Shown here piece by piece: positions 16,505 through 24,786 of a stretch of 37,798 nt of DNA. The notes under the pieces are model-generated. The model did not search any database. It was given only the letters and a program-made list of their open reading frames with translations, and was not told where the DNA came from. Both the position numbers and the translations under genes were made by a program. Positions within the stretch are counted from its first letter, which is position 1, and every line of letters begins with the position of its first letter. The DNA comes from a virus. The stretch lies in the IMG/VR virus record IMGVR_UViG_3300042934_000712, positions 1-37,798 of that record, one strand, 5' to 3'.

Positions 16505-16536
16505 TGTCAACAGTTATGGTTAGTGCGTTACCAACC
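16505..16536. promoter_or_regulatory. Divergent control region core: perfect TTGACA on the - strand plus an imperfect palindrome
   Basis: tgtcaa at 16505-16510 reads TTGACA on the - strand. GGTTAGTgcgttACCAACC at 16518-16536 has 6/7 matching arms. It is the locally most AT-rich stretch of the intergenic region. Confidence 0.35.
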
Positions 16537-16566
16537 AGCGCACCACTCACCACGGAGGAAGCAGCC

Positions 16567-17304
16567 ATGGCTGTCGACCGCACCCCGCCTTACCTTCAGG
16601 TGGTCAAGGCGATCCAGGACCGCATCGTGTCCGGCGACCTTGCCGAGGGGGACGAGGTGCCCTCGATCCGGAAGATCGCCGAGGAATGGGAGATCTCCCA
16701 GGCAACCGCCATGAAGGCGCTGGGCACGCTCCGTGCGAGCGGCCTGGTGGAAACCGTCCCCGGCAAGAGCACCGTCGTCCGGGCCCAGGCCACCCTGCAC
16801 CGAACCCCGCACGACCGCTTCGCGCGGATGCTCGCCACCGGGAAGATCTACGCCCCGGGGGAGTACGCAAAGATCGTGTCGGCTGAGCTGGCCCCCGCGC
16901 CTGCCCACATCGCCGACGCGCTGGGCATCGACGAGAACGCCCCCGCTATCCGCCGGCACCGCGTCACCCACAACGAGCGCGGCCCGGTCTCCTGCTCTAC
17001 CAGCTGGTTCCACGCCGACCTCGCGGCCGTCGTGCCCGCACTGCTGGTGAAGGAGCGGATCCAGGGCGGCACCCCGTCCGCGATCGAGGCCGCCACGAGC
17101 CGCCGTGCCCGGTCGGTCGTCGACCAGTTCACCGCGGCCGAGGCCACCGCGGAGCAGGCGGCCGAGCTGGGCATCCCCGAGGGCTCGCCGGTCATCGTCG
17201 GCAGGAACAAGCTGCTGGACGGCGAGGGTGAGGTCCTGGAGGCCGGCGAGTACGTCGCACCGGGCGGCCGTTGGTCGCTCTACGAGTCCGAGTTCCAGGC
17301 ATGA
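16567..17304 (+). CDS. GntR-family transcriptional regulator (HutC/UTRA-type; KorA/KorSA-like position)
   Basis: GGAGGA precedes ATG at 16567 (the ORF is open from 16498). The wHTH VPSIRKIAEEWEISQATAMKALGTLRASGLVETVPGKSTVV is a textbook GntR motif. It is divergent from the transfer block. Confidence 0.85.
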   Translation: MAVDRTPPYLQVVKAIQDRIVSGDLAEGDEVPSIRKIAEEWEISQATAMKALGTLRASGLVETVPGKSTVVRAQATLHRTPHDRFARMLATGKIYAPGEYAKIVSAELAPAPAHIADALGIDENAPAIRRHRVTHNERGPVSCSTSWFHADLAAVVPALLVKERIQGGTPSAIEAATSRRARSVVDQFTAAEATAEQAAELGIPEGSPVIVGRNKLLDGEGEVLEAGEYVAPGGRWSLYESEFQA

Positions 17305-17308
17305 CGAA

Positions 17309-17333
17309 GGGCCCTGCCGGATTGGCAGGGCCC
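17309..17333 (+). terminator. Perfect 10-bp stem-loop after the GntR gene
   Basis: GGGCCCTGCC (17309-17318) pairs with GGCAGGGCCC (17324-17333). Confidence 0.65.
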
Positions 17334-17371
17334 AGGGTCTCGCGTGTCAGTCCGATAGCCGGTGAGCCCAG

Positions 17372-17474
17372 AGGGATAGCGGGGGCAACGCCCCACGGAT
17401 TCTGTGCCAGTCTCAGAACAAGCCGGTTCCGCACCTGTGGAACCGGCGTCACACACCTACTCGGAGGGGCCACG
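17372..17474 (+). promoter_or_regulatory. Conserved ~100-nt leader/promoter element, copy A (AGGGATAGCGGGGGCAA box, hairpin, CACACA...GGAG)
   Basis: It shares a 17-nt identical box and extended similarity with 21025-21117. It contains the hairpin 17422-17447 (GCCGGTTCC/GGAACCGGC). Confidence 0.5.
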
Positions 17475-17717
17475 ATGGCACTCACCGCGACGCCGGACAC
17501 GGCGGAGGAACCCATCCTCGTAGCCGTCGACCGGAACTGGATGAAGACGGACGAGGTCGCGACCCGCATGGGCTGCACTCGCATGACCGTGCGAAACCGG
17601 CTTCAGCGCGGCTCCATACCGGTCAGCTGGACCCGTGTCGAGCGCAACATCCTGATCAACCGTGCGCAGTTCCTCGCCTGGGTTGAGGGCGAGGACGGTC
17701 GGGCCTCCGCGGCCTAA
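17475..17717 (+). CDS. Excisionase-family/MerR-like HTH DNA-binding protein
   Basis: GGAGGGG precedes ATG at 17475. The product is 80 aa. MKTDEVATRMGCTRMTVRNRLQRGSIP is a typical HTH_17-type motif. Confidence 0.6.
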   Translation: MALTATPDTAEEPILVAVDRNWMKTDEVATRMGCTRMTVRNRLQRGSIPVSWTRVERNILINRAQFLAWVEGEDGRASAA

Positions 17718-17999
17718 AACGCCGAGACCCCCGCTACCTGGCAGGGCGGGGGGCCTCAAATGCGTGGCGTTGGTAGGGCCGGGAAGCCACCAGCGCTTTG
17801 TACTCAGCTCCAACTGAAGTACGGGGTCAGGACCCCACACGGCAAAGGTACCCGCATCTGGGGGGTGCTGGTACCTGCGTCGGTGGAGATCCCGCTCTCA
17901 GTACTTCGCGAGACTCCAAGAGGAGTACGTCCACATGGCGATCAGCGCCACCAATACCAGGGCTCCCTTCCCCCCTGCCGACACCAAGGGGAGGACCTG

Positions 18000-19070
18000 G
18001 TGAGAAAGCGCCCATCAAGGCCACCGCGGTTCGCTGCGGTCGACAACAACGCCATCGACGGACTGAAGTCCATCCTGGCGATCGGTCTCCTGACCCGCCT
18101 CATCCGTGCCAAGGACGGCGACGACGTCACCGTGGAAACCTTGAGCAAGAGTTACGACGAGGGCGAGAAGTCGCTCACCAAGGCCATGCGCGCCCTGGTC
18201 GAGGACGCCTACGTCGTCAAGTTCAAGATCCAGCGGCAGCGGTCTGAGGAAGTCGAGCTGGAGGACGGCACGACGGAGACCAAGCGCGGCGGGTCCTGGT
18301 ACACGACGTTCACCGTCGACTCCATCCCGTTCACCGGCGAGGACGTCGCCGCGATGCTGAGCGACATCTACGACGCCGGCAACGTCAAGGCCGTTCGCGT
18401 TGAACCGACCCACCTGGACCCCCGGAAGTCGCCCACCGACAGGCCGCGACCGACCCGCCTAAAGGGGGGTGTCGGTCCGACCTGCGGAAACGCAGATCCG
18501 GAAGAGAGCGAAACTGCAAACCCGCAGGTGGGACCGACACCCCCTTCAGCGGCCCCCGGTCGACCGACCCTCGGTCAGGGGGGGGCTCATATAAGGAAGA
18601 AGACTGTTGTAGAAGACTCTCTCTCTGGTGCAGCTCCGGCTGGGGCTGAGCAGGGAGAGAGAGAAGCGGCAGAGCCGAAGGACAACAGCGACGCCCACCA
18701 GGTCCTTGCTGCCTTCCAGGACGCTGGCGGCCTCGCCCTGAACGGAACGCGTACCCAGTTCCTTCAGGACGCGGCAGAGCTGCTGGAGTCCCGTCCCCTG
18801 TGGTGGCTCATCGCCCGCGCCAAGGAGATGCCCGGCAAGGGGTGGACCGACCTGGCCCGCCACGCCGCAAAGTCCAAGGCACCGTTCACCCAGGAAGGGC
18901 GGAGGGCCCCTGAGGGTGCGTGCCTGCGACACCCTGGGTTCAACGAGGACGACTGCCCGCGCTGTCGGCTCGACGCGCAGGAACGTATTCAGCGCCCTCG
19001 ATCGGAGCCCGTGTCGGTAGACGGCGCGGCTCTCCTGGCCAGCCTTCTCCAGACCAGCACCACGGACTAA
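18000..19070 (+). CDS. Putative replication initiator / replisome organiser (winged-helix N-terminal domain)
   Basis: GGGGAGGA precedes GTG at 18000 (the ORF is open from 17760). The product is 356 aa and lies immediately upstream of dnaB. A low-complexity linker contains an AT-rich repeat island. The function is inferred from synteny only. Confidence 0.4.
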   Translation: MRKRPSRPPRFAAVDNNAIDGLKSILAIGLLTRLIRAKDGDDVTVETLSKSYDEGEKSLTKAMRALVEDAYVVKFKIQRQRSEEVELEDGTTETKRGGSWYTTFTVDSIPFTGEDVAAMLSDIYDAGNVKAVRVEPTHLDPRKSPTDRPRPTRLKGGVGPTCGNADPEESETANPQVGPTPPSAAPGRPTLGQGGAHIRKKTVVEDSLSGAAPAGAEQGEREAAEPKDNSDAHQVLAAFQDAGGLALNGTRTQFLQDAAELLESRPLWWLIARAKEMPGKGWTDLARHAAKSKAPFTQEGRRAPEGACLRHPGFNEDDCPRCRLDAQERIQRPRSEPVSVDGAALLASLLQTSTTD

Positions 19071-19155
19071 AGCTCAACCACCGCAGACATGCGAGCGGCG
19101 GCCTATCCCGTCAAGAACCGGCCGCCGTCTCGTGAGACCTCCCAAAGGAGTACCC

Positions 19156-20547
19156 ATGGACAGCATCGCAGATGAGCAGGCTTTCATCCCCGCCCAGGAC
19201 CACGGAGGCTGGGAAGAAGCCCAACGGAAAGCCGACGAACTGGAGGAAGCCGAGCAGTCCGTCCTGGGCGGCATGCTCCTCAGCAAGGACGCCATCGCTG
19301 ACGTCATCAGCACGCCTATGCAGGGGCGCGACTTCCACAAGACGGCGCACGAGACGATCTACCGTGCGGTCCTGGATGCCTACGCCAAGGGCGAGCCGGC
19401 CGACCCCGTCACCATGTCTGCGGAACTGACCAGGCGCGGCGAACTCGGCAAGGTCGGCGGTGCCGCGTACCTTCACACCCTCGTACAGATCGTTCCGACG
19501 GCCGTGAACGCGGCGTACTACGCAGAGATCGTCCATGAGCGTGCCGTGCTGCGCCGGCTCGTTACGGCCGGTGCCAGCATCGCCCGCTTGGGGCAGGCGG
19601 GCGAGGGCGAGCTGGACGATATCCGCAACGCAGCCGAGGCGGCGATGCTGGAAGCGCTGAAGGCCGACGACAAGACCAGCCAGTACGCCCCGATCGGCGA
19701 CGACGTCCCCGAGTTCTGGGACGACCTGGACGCCACGATGAAGGGCACAGGCAAGGCCAACGGGATCCTGACTGGGTTCACGGACTTCGACGCCCTGACA
19801 AACGGGCTCCACCCTGGGCAACTCATTGTCATTGGTGCCCGCCCGGCTATGGGTAAGTCCACCGTCGCCCTGGACATCGCCCGCCACGCCGCCATCGTTT
19901 ACGGCAAGACCACAGCGTTCTTCTCTCTCGAGATGAGCCGCAAGGAACTCGTCACGCGCACCTTCAGTGCAGAGGCCCGTGTCGCCCTGCACCACATCAA
20001 GGGCGGGTCAGTCACACCTGCCGACATGGAAAAGCTGGCTCAGAAGACCAACGTCATCCAGGCGGCGCCGCTCCTCATCGACGACACTCCCAACCTGACC
20101 ATGATGGAGATCCGGTCCCGCGCCCGCAGGATCGCCCAGCAGCGGGGCCTCGACCTGCTGATCATCGACTACCTCCAGCTGCTGAAGTCCGGGGCCAGCC
20201 GCCGGGAGGAGTCCCGGCAGGTCGAGGTCTCCGACATCTCCCGCAACCTGAAGCTGCTGGCCAAGGAGTTGGACATTCCCGTCATCGCCCTGTCGCAGCT
20301 CAACCGCGGACCGGAGCAGCGCGCTGAGAGGAAACCGCTGGTGTCTGACCTTCGTGAGTCTGGAGCGATTGAGCAGGACGCCGACCTGGTGATCCTCTTG
20401 CACCGGGAGGACGCCTACGAGAAGGAGTCCCCGCGGGCCGGCGAGGCCGACCTGATCGTGGCCAAGCACAGAGGCGGTCCCACCGCCACGATCACCTTGG
20501 CCTTCCAAGGCCACTTCTCGCGGTTCTCAGACATGAGCCAGATGTGA
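19156..20547 (+). CDS. dnaB: Replicative DNA helicase DnaB
   Basis: AAAGGAG precedes ATG at 19156. The N-terminal domain reads AEQSVLGGMLLSKDAIADV...HETIYRAV. Walker A is GARPAMGKST. Further motifs are LLIIDYLQL, ALSQLNR and ESGAIEQDADLVILLHR. Confidence 0.9.
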   Translation: MDSIADEQAFIPAQDHGGWEEAQRKADELEEAEQSVLGGMLLSKDAIADVISTPMQGRDFHKTAHETIYRAVLDAYAKGEPADPVTMSAELTRRGELGKVGGAAYLHTLVQIVPTAVNAAYYAEIVHERAVLRRLVTAGASIARLGQAGEGELDDIRNAAEAAMLEALKADDKTSQYAPIGDDVPEFWDDLDATMKGTGKANGILTGFTDFDALTNGLHPGQLIVIGARPAMGKSTVALDIARHAAIVYGKTTAFFSLEMSRKELVTRTFSAEARVALHHIKGGSVTPADMEKLAQKTNVIQAAPLLIDDTPNLTMMEIRSRARRIAQQRGLDLLIIDYLQLLKSGASRREESRQVEVSDISRNLKLLAKELDIPVIALSQLNRGPEQRAERKPLVSDLRESGAIEQDADLVILLHREDAYEKESPRAGEADLIVAKHRGGPTATITLAFQGHFSRFSDMSQM

Positions 20548-20575
20548 CCCCTGCTTCCCACCGAGAGGACCTCAG

Positions 20576-20971
20576 ATGACCACGCAGCCCCGCCCGCTCC
20601 CCCCGTTGCAAGAGATGGTGTACGCCTTTCACACCGAGCTTTCAGAACACGCTGAGCACTGCGACACCGACGAGAAGCTGCGAGAGGTACTGGGCGCCAT
20701 CTCGACGACGGGCGCCTACCTCTCGCGGATGCTCCAGGCCGCCATCGTTTCGCACGGCAACGGAGGGACCATCCCGCCGCCGGACAGTCCGTGCAGTCCA
20801 CACACCCCGTCCGTCCTCCTGCCGCAGATGACCTCCACGGTCCTGAATGCGATGGAGCCTGAGAAGGCGGAGCAGCGAATGCACCTCCGGCACTGGGTCG
20901 ATCTGCAACACGCGGCCAGCTTCGCCAGCCCGATGGCTCTAGCGACACTTGACGGCGCCAGCGACGCCTAG
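20576..20971 (+). CDS. Hypothetical protein
   Basis: 131-aa ORF with an ATG start. It has more A/T-ending codons than the late genes. Confidence 0.45.
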   Translation: MTTQPRPLPPLQEMVYAFHTELSEHAEHCDTDEKLREVLGAISTTGAYLSRMLQAAIVSHGNGGTIPPPDSPCSPHTPSVLLPQMTSTVLNAMEPEKAEQRMHLRHWVDLQHAASFASPMALATLDGASDA

Positions 20972-21024
20972 GACTTCCGATCGGGCCCGTTCCAGCACCT
21001 TGGAGCGGGCCCGTACTGCGTGTA

Positions 21025-21117
21025 AGGGATAGCGGGGGCAATACCCGAAGCAATCCATGCCACTCTGGTGATACGGCGCGGGGGCGCACACAACCTCACA
21101 CGAAGGAGCGGGTCCTG
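21025..21117 (+). promoter_or_regulatory. Conserved leader/promoter element, copy B
   Basis: AGGGATAGCGGGGGCAA at 21025-21041 is identical to 17372-17388. The downstream similarity includes TGCCA.TCT, a GC hairpin, and CACACAACCT...GAAGGAG before the ATG at 21118. Confidence 0.5.
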
Positions 21118-21468
21118 ATGGACTCTCACCTCAGCCCCACCGCGCACGGCATCGCCTCATTCTGGGCCGACGGCCACGACCGATCCGACGTCGTCGTCCG
21201 CGGCTTCGCCCGCCAGGTCCAGGACCACATCGACCACCACGGCGACCCGGACTACCTCCGCCGGCTCGCCGCGTGGATGAGCCTGGAACAGCCGGCCGTC
21301 CTCGACCTCGACCTGGCGATGCACCTACGAGGCGCACCCCGGCCCGAGGTCGTCGCCCAGAGTCGGCACGCCTGCCCCTGCCGCGGTGGCGCCGTCCGAC
21401 GCGGCGGCGCCCCGGCACCGGCCCTCATACGGCAGCTCATCCGCAGCCCCTACACCCGCGCAGCCTGA
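21118..21468 (+). CDS. Hypothetical protein
   Basis: 116 aa. GAAGGAG RBS precedes the ATG. Confidence 0.5.
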   Translation: MDSHLSPTAHGIASFWADGHDRSDVVVRGFARQVQDHIDHHGDPDYLRRLAAWMSLEQPAVLDLDLAMHLRGAPRPEVVAQSRHACPCRGGAVRRGGAPAPALIRQLIRSPYTRAA

Positions 21469-21480
21469 CCAGGAGATCCG

Positions 21481-22101
21481 TTGAACGCCTGCACGATCTG
21501 CGGCTACGCCCTCCACGGCGCCCGCACCCTGTGGACCACCTGCCAGACCTGCCAGGACCGCATCACCGCCCACCTGACCGCCGTTGAGGAGTCCTGGCCC
21601 GACCTGGCCGACGCCCTTGAACCCACCCGCGGACACTCTGGCCCGCGGGTCTCCGGCACGCAGACGTGGTCACTGCCAGCCGAGCAGGTCCTGAACCTCA
21701 TCGGGCCCGGCGGGATCCCCAGCAAGCTGTACATGAGGTACGCGGATCTCGCCGTGGCCCGCGGTCTTCAGCCCACCGTGATGCCGGGCAGCCCTGACAC
21801 GCGTCTCCAGGTCGCCCTCCGTGGGATCCGGCGGCACCTTCCCTGGGCGGTCCAGGCCGTCGGTCTGCGGGAGCTGTACGACGAGACGCGGCAGTGTGCG
21901 GTCGATCTCAAAGCGGTGGTGGGAACCGAGGAGAAGGAGGTAACGGTTCCGTGCCCCGGCCCGGCCGACGGCGCGACGTGTCTCGGCCGGCTGCGGTTCG
22001 ACCAGGACCGGAACCGGGCCTACTGCCGGAGCTGCCGCATCGACCTCGACCCGCTGGAGTGGCTGGAGTACGCGGTGAAGATCGGACACCTGACCGCCTG
22101 A
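21481..22101 (+). CDS. Hypothetical Cys-rich (zinc-ribbon-like) protein
   Basis: TTG start with AGGAG 4-5 nt upstream. The product is 206 aa. Cys pairs are CTICGY...CQTC and CPGP...C...CRSC. Confidence 0.5.
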   Translation: MNACTICGYALHGARTLWTTCQTCQDRITAHLTAVEESWPDLADALEPTRGHSGPRVSGTQTWSLPAEQVLNLIGPGGIPSKLYMRYADLAVARGLQPTVMPGSPDTRLQVALRGIRRHLPWAVQAVGLRELYDETRQCAVDLKAVVGTEEKEVTVPCPGPADGATCLGRLRFDQDRNRAYCRSCRIDLDPLEWLEYAVKIGHLTA

Positions 22102-22113
22102 CCCGGGCACAGC

Positions 22114-22165
22114 GAAGGGCCCCACGCTCTCGACGTCGTCTCCGACGGAGTGCATGGGGCCCTTC
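22114..22165. terminator. Bidirectional stem-loop between convergent genes
   Basis: GAAGGGCCCCA (22114-22124) pairs with TGGGGCCCTTC (22155-22165), with a nested inner hairpin. Confidence 0.6.
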
Positions 22166-22201
22166 GGGCGTCCCCGCGCCTGCACCCAGTATCAGGCAGG
22201 G

Positions 22202-23143
22202 TCAGTCCTCCGTTCCCCCGTCACGGTCACGGCCCCGCGCCCGGTACGCCGTGCGGTTCGCGTACTGCCGAAGCTGGGACAGCAGCATCTCGGTACGGCC
22301 CGGGTCGTACACCTGCGCCAGGGCCACCACTCCGGCGAGCCGGTCATAGATCTGCTGCTGCTGCGCCAGCGCGGCCTCGAGGACGGCGACCGCCTCGGCA
22401 CCCGCCCGCGCGTCGTCCTTCAGCACGTCTTCGCCGGTCGGCGGCGCCACCTGTTCGGTGACCTGGACCTGCGGCGGCACGATCAGCGGCACCCGGCCCT
22501 CGGCGGCCGCGACCCGCAGGACGTCGGCGGCCTGCTCCGGGGCGGACAGCCGTTGCGGCAGCACCCTGCGGGCCTCCGCCAGGGCAGCGGCGGTCACCTT
22601 CCCACCGGCCAGCTCCCGGGACTCCCGGAAGAACACCGCGGCGGCCTCTTGGCCGTGGTCCTTGTAGACCGGCAGCAGCTCCCGCGCCTGCGCCTCGTTG
22701 ATGTCCCCAATTGGGGACACCGCTACGGCCACGGGCCATTCCTCGATCAGCCGGTACGCCTGAGACTTCCGGATCCCCCAGACCTCCCAGACGTAGTCCG
22801 CGAACGTCCCGTACTTCTCCCGGTACAGCCGGCCCCGGTTGATGACCTCCAGCGCCTTGCCCGCGATCACCAGCGCCTTGCGGAAGCCGTGCAGGGCCTG
22901 CTCGCACACCTCCAGGTCGGCCCGCTCCTTGTCCGAGAGCGGCGAGACGACCTCGGGGGCGACGTCGTAGGGCGTGGGCAGGCTGCTGACCGACGGGACC
23001 GCCGTCGTGTCCATCCCGACCATGCTGTGGACGACCCCGCGCGGCGGAGCTGAGGGTGGCGGTACGTCGACCAGCGTGTCCTGCTGGCCCGCGGCCGGCG
23101 CCTGGCTGCGGGTCGACGGCAGGTTCAGGGAGCGCCGGGTCAC
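22202..23143 (-). CDS. Partition partner protein (ParB-like role, HTH-containing), translationally coupled to parA
   Basis: GTG at 23143 forms a GTGA overlap with the parA stop, and GGAGG lies 7 nt upstream. The product is 313 aa with the HTH-like segment GIRKSQAYRLIEEWP. No canonical ParB box was seen, so the assignment rests on synteny. Confidence 0.45.
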   Translation of the reverse strand: MTRRSLNLPSTRSQAPAAGQQDTLVDVPPPSAPPRGVVHSMVGMDTTAVPSVSSLPTPYDVAPEVVSPLSDKERADLEVCEQALHGFRKALVIAGKALEVINRGRLYREKYGTFADYVWEVWGIRKSQAYRLIEEWPVAVAVSPIGDINEAQARELLPVYKDHGQEAAAVFFRESRELAGGKVTAAALAEARRVLPQRLSAPEQAADVLRVAAAEGRVPLIVPPQVQVTEQVAPPTGEDVLKDDARAGAEAVAVLEAALAQQQQIYDRLAGVVALAQVYDPGRTEMLLSQLRQYANRTAYRARGRDRDGGTED

Positions 23144-24075
23144 GTCGCAGCCTCCCCGGGCAGCAGCAGGCCGGCCGCCTGGCCGTAGTCCCCGGCCGCC
23201 GTCGACTCCGGCGCCCACACCCGCACCGGCTGCTCGGCGAGCGGTGCCTCCGCCGCCCGGACGCTGCGCCGGATCGGGAACACCGGCGCCTCCGGGTAGT
23301 CCTCGGACACCTTCGACGCCAGCTGCCGCGCGAACCCGGACTTGTCCCACGCCGTCAGGAACACCGCGCCCACCGTCAGCTTCGGGTTGGTCTTCGACTG
23401 CACGTTCTTGATCGTGCGGTCCAGCGCCGCCATCGCCTTCATGTCCAGGCCGCCGACCGCAAGGGGCACCAGGACCTCATCGGCGGCTGTGAGCGCGGCC
23501 ACCGTCACCAGACCCAGAGACGGCGCCCCGTCCAGCAGGGTGACGTCGTAGGGGGAGCGGCCGCCGTGCGCCTCGGCTTCCTGCCGCAGCGCCGACGCCA
23601 GCGCCATCTCGGCGCCGATCGGCCGGTCGTACTCCACCCGCTTCAGGTCCAGGCTGGACGGCACGATGTCGATGCCCTCGAACTGGGTGGGGTAGGTGGC
23701 CTCAAGGAGCGTGCACTCGTCGAAGAACACCGACCGCAGGGAATGCTGAGGGCCAGCCTCCGGGTACTGGGGGAGCAGCCACACCGACAGGGCGGCTTCC
23801 TGGTCGTCGGCGTCGATCACGCGCACCCGCAGGCCCTGCGCCGCCCACGCGGCCGCCAGCTCTACGGTCGTCGTCGTCTTGCCCGCCCCGCCTTTCTGGT
23901 TGACCACGGCGAAGATCCGGGGTGTGTCCGCCGGCCGGAACGAGGCTGGCACGAGGGCCTGGGGGCGCCACGACTGATACGGGGTGGCGTCGTCCCACGC
24001 GGACACGACCTCCAGCCGGTCCCCCGGCGGGCCGGTCAGAGCGGGCAGGGCAGTCCTGGGAAGCAGTGCGTTCAT
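23140..24075 (-). CDS. parA: ParA/Soj-type partition ATPase
   Basis: The deviant Walker A is VVNQKGGAGKTTTT. Further motifs are VIDADDQ and LLDGAPSLG. The start is placed at ATG 24075 (the ORF is open to 24219, so the start is uncertain). Confidence 0.85.
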   Translation of the reverse strand: MNALLPRTALPALTGPPGDRLEVVSAWDDATPYQSWRPQALVPASFRPADTPRIFAVVNQKGGAGKTTTTVELAAAWAAQGLRVRVIDADDQEAALSVWLLPQYPEAGPQHSLRSVFFDECTLLEATYPTQFEGIDIVPSSLDLKRVEYDRPIGAEMALASALRQEAEAHGGRSPYDVTLLDGAPSLGLVTVAALTAADEVLVPLAVGGLDMKAMAALDRTIKNVQSKTNPKLTVGAVFLTAWDKSGFARQLASKVSEDYPEAPVFPIRRSVRAAEAPLAEQPVRVWAPESTAAGDYGQAAGLLLPGEAAT

Positions 24076-24211
24076 GCCAGCGAACCTAACCGCCCCTTGG
24101 GGTCCGGCAGCTAGACCCCGGGACAATCCAGCCGTCTGGGGGGTGTGGTAACGCTGCTCAGCCGCGGGGCAACCTTCACCCCGACGCACGGCAGTGACAG
24201 CATTTCGCCCC

Positions 24212-24484
24212 ATGACCAAGAATCCCGGAACCGGTGAACCACGGAACGAGCCTCGCTACGCCCAGTACGTGCGCAAGGAGGCCCGCGTCCGCGACGACCA
24301 GGCCGCCGCGTTGCTCGTGCTCCGCAAGAAGGTCGCCGCCCAACGCACCACGAGGGTGGAGCCGATTACGGACAACGTCCTCATCCGGTTGGCCATCGAT
24401 CTGTTGTTGGCCCACCGTGACCGGCTCCACGGCGATACCGAGGACGAGCTACGCAGGAATCTGCTGAGGCCCGCCGATCAGTGA
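24212..24484 (+). CDS. Hypothetical small protein (possible DNA-binding), divergent from parA
   Basis: 90 aa from ATG 24212 (alternative GTG at 24194). It is basic and helical. No clear RBS. Confidence 0.4.
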   Translation: MTKNPGTGEPRNEPRYAQYVRKEARVRDDQAAALLVLRKKVAAQRTTRVEPITDNVLIRLAIDLLLAHRDRLHGDTEDELRRNLLRPADQ

Positions 24485-24691
24485 ATCAGCGAATCACAGA
24501 TTCAGGTAGGGTGTCGATGCGCCGTTCGCAGCCGGCACGCGGGTAGGCGGACGTCTGAGCACCAGCCGACGGTGCAGGGCGTCCGCCGGACCCCGTGGGA
24601 CCGCGGAGAAACAGCCCGCCGAGGGAGGATGGTCCGGCCGGGCGAGCAGCGCCGGCCCCGGCGTCCCCCTCGCAGCGCAGTCGGTGGCCAC

Positions 24692-24729
24692 GGAACCCCT
24701 GGCGGTCCTGCGACAACGCCAGGGGTTCC
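24692..24729. terminator. Perfect 13-bp stem-loop in a 314-nt noncoding region
   Basis: GGAACCCCTGGCG (24692-24704) pairs with CGCCAGGGGTTCC (24717-24729). Confidence 0.5.
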
Positions 24730-24766
24730 GGCGCGTCCGGGGGTATGCCTCAACCGGTCACGGAAA

Positions 24767-24786
24767 CGGTCGCAGATCTGCGACCG
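24767..24786. terminator. 20-nt perfect palindrome just 3' of the 24799-25038 gene
   Basis: CGGTCGCAGATCTGCGACCG. Confidence 0.5.

Noticed and set aside
17798-18247. 149-aa + strand ORF across the GTAC-repeat region and the start of the initiator-like gene
   Set aside because: The product is Arg/Pro/Gly-rich, has no RBS, and overlaps the better-supported 18000 frame.
24076-24211. The parA upstream region, searched for parS-like iterated repeats
   Set aside because: Only a short GGGGTC/GACCCC inverted pair (24099-24119) was seen, with no convincing repeated motif. A weak resemblance to the GCGGGGCAAC box is probably chance.
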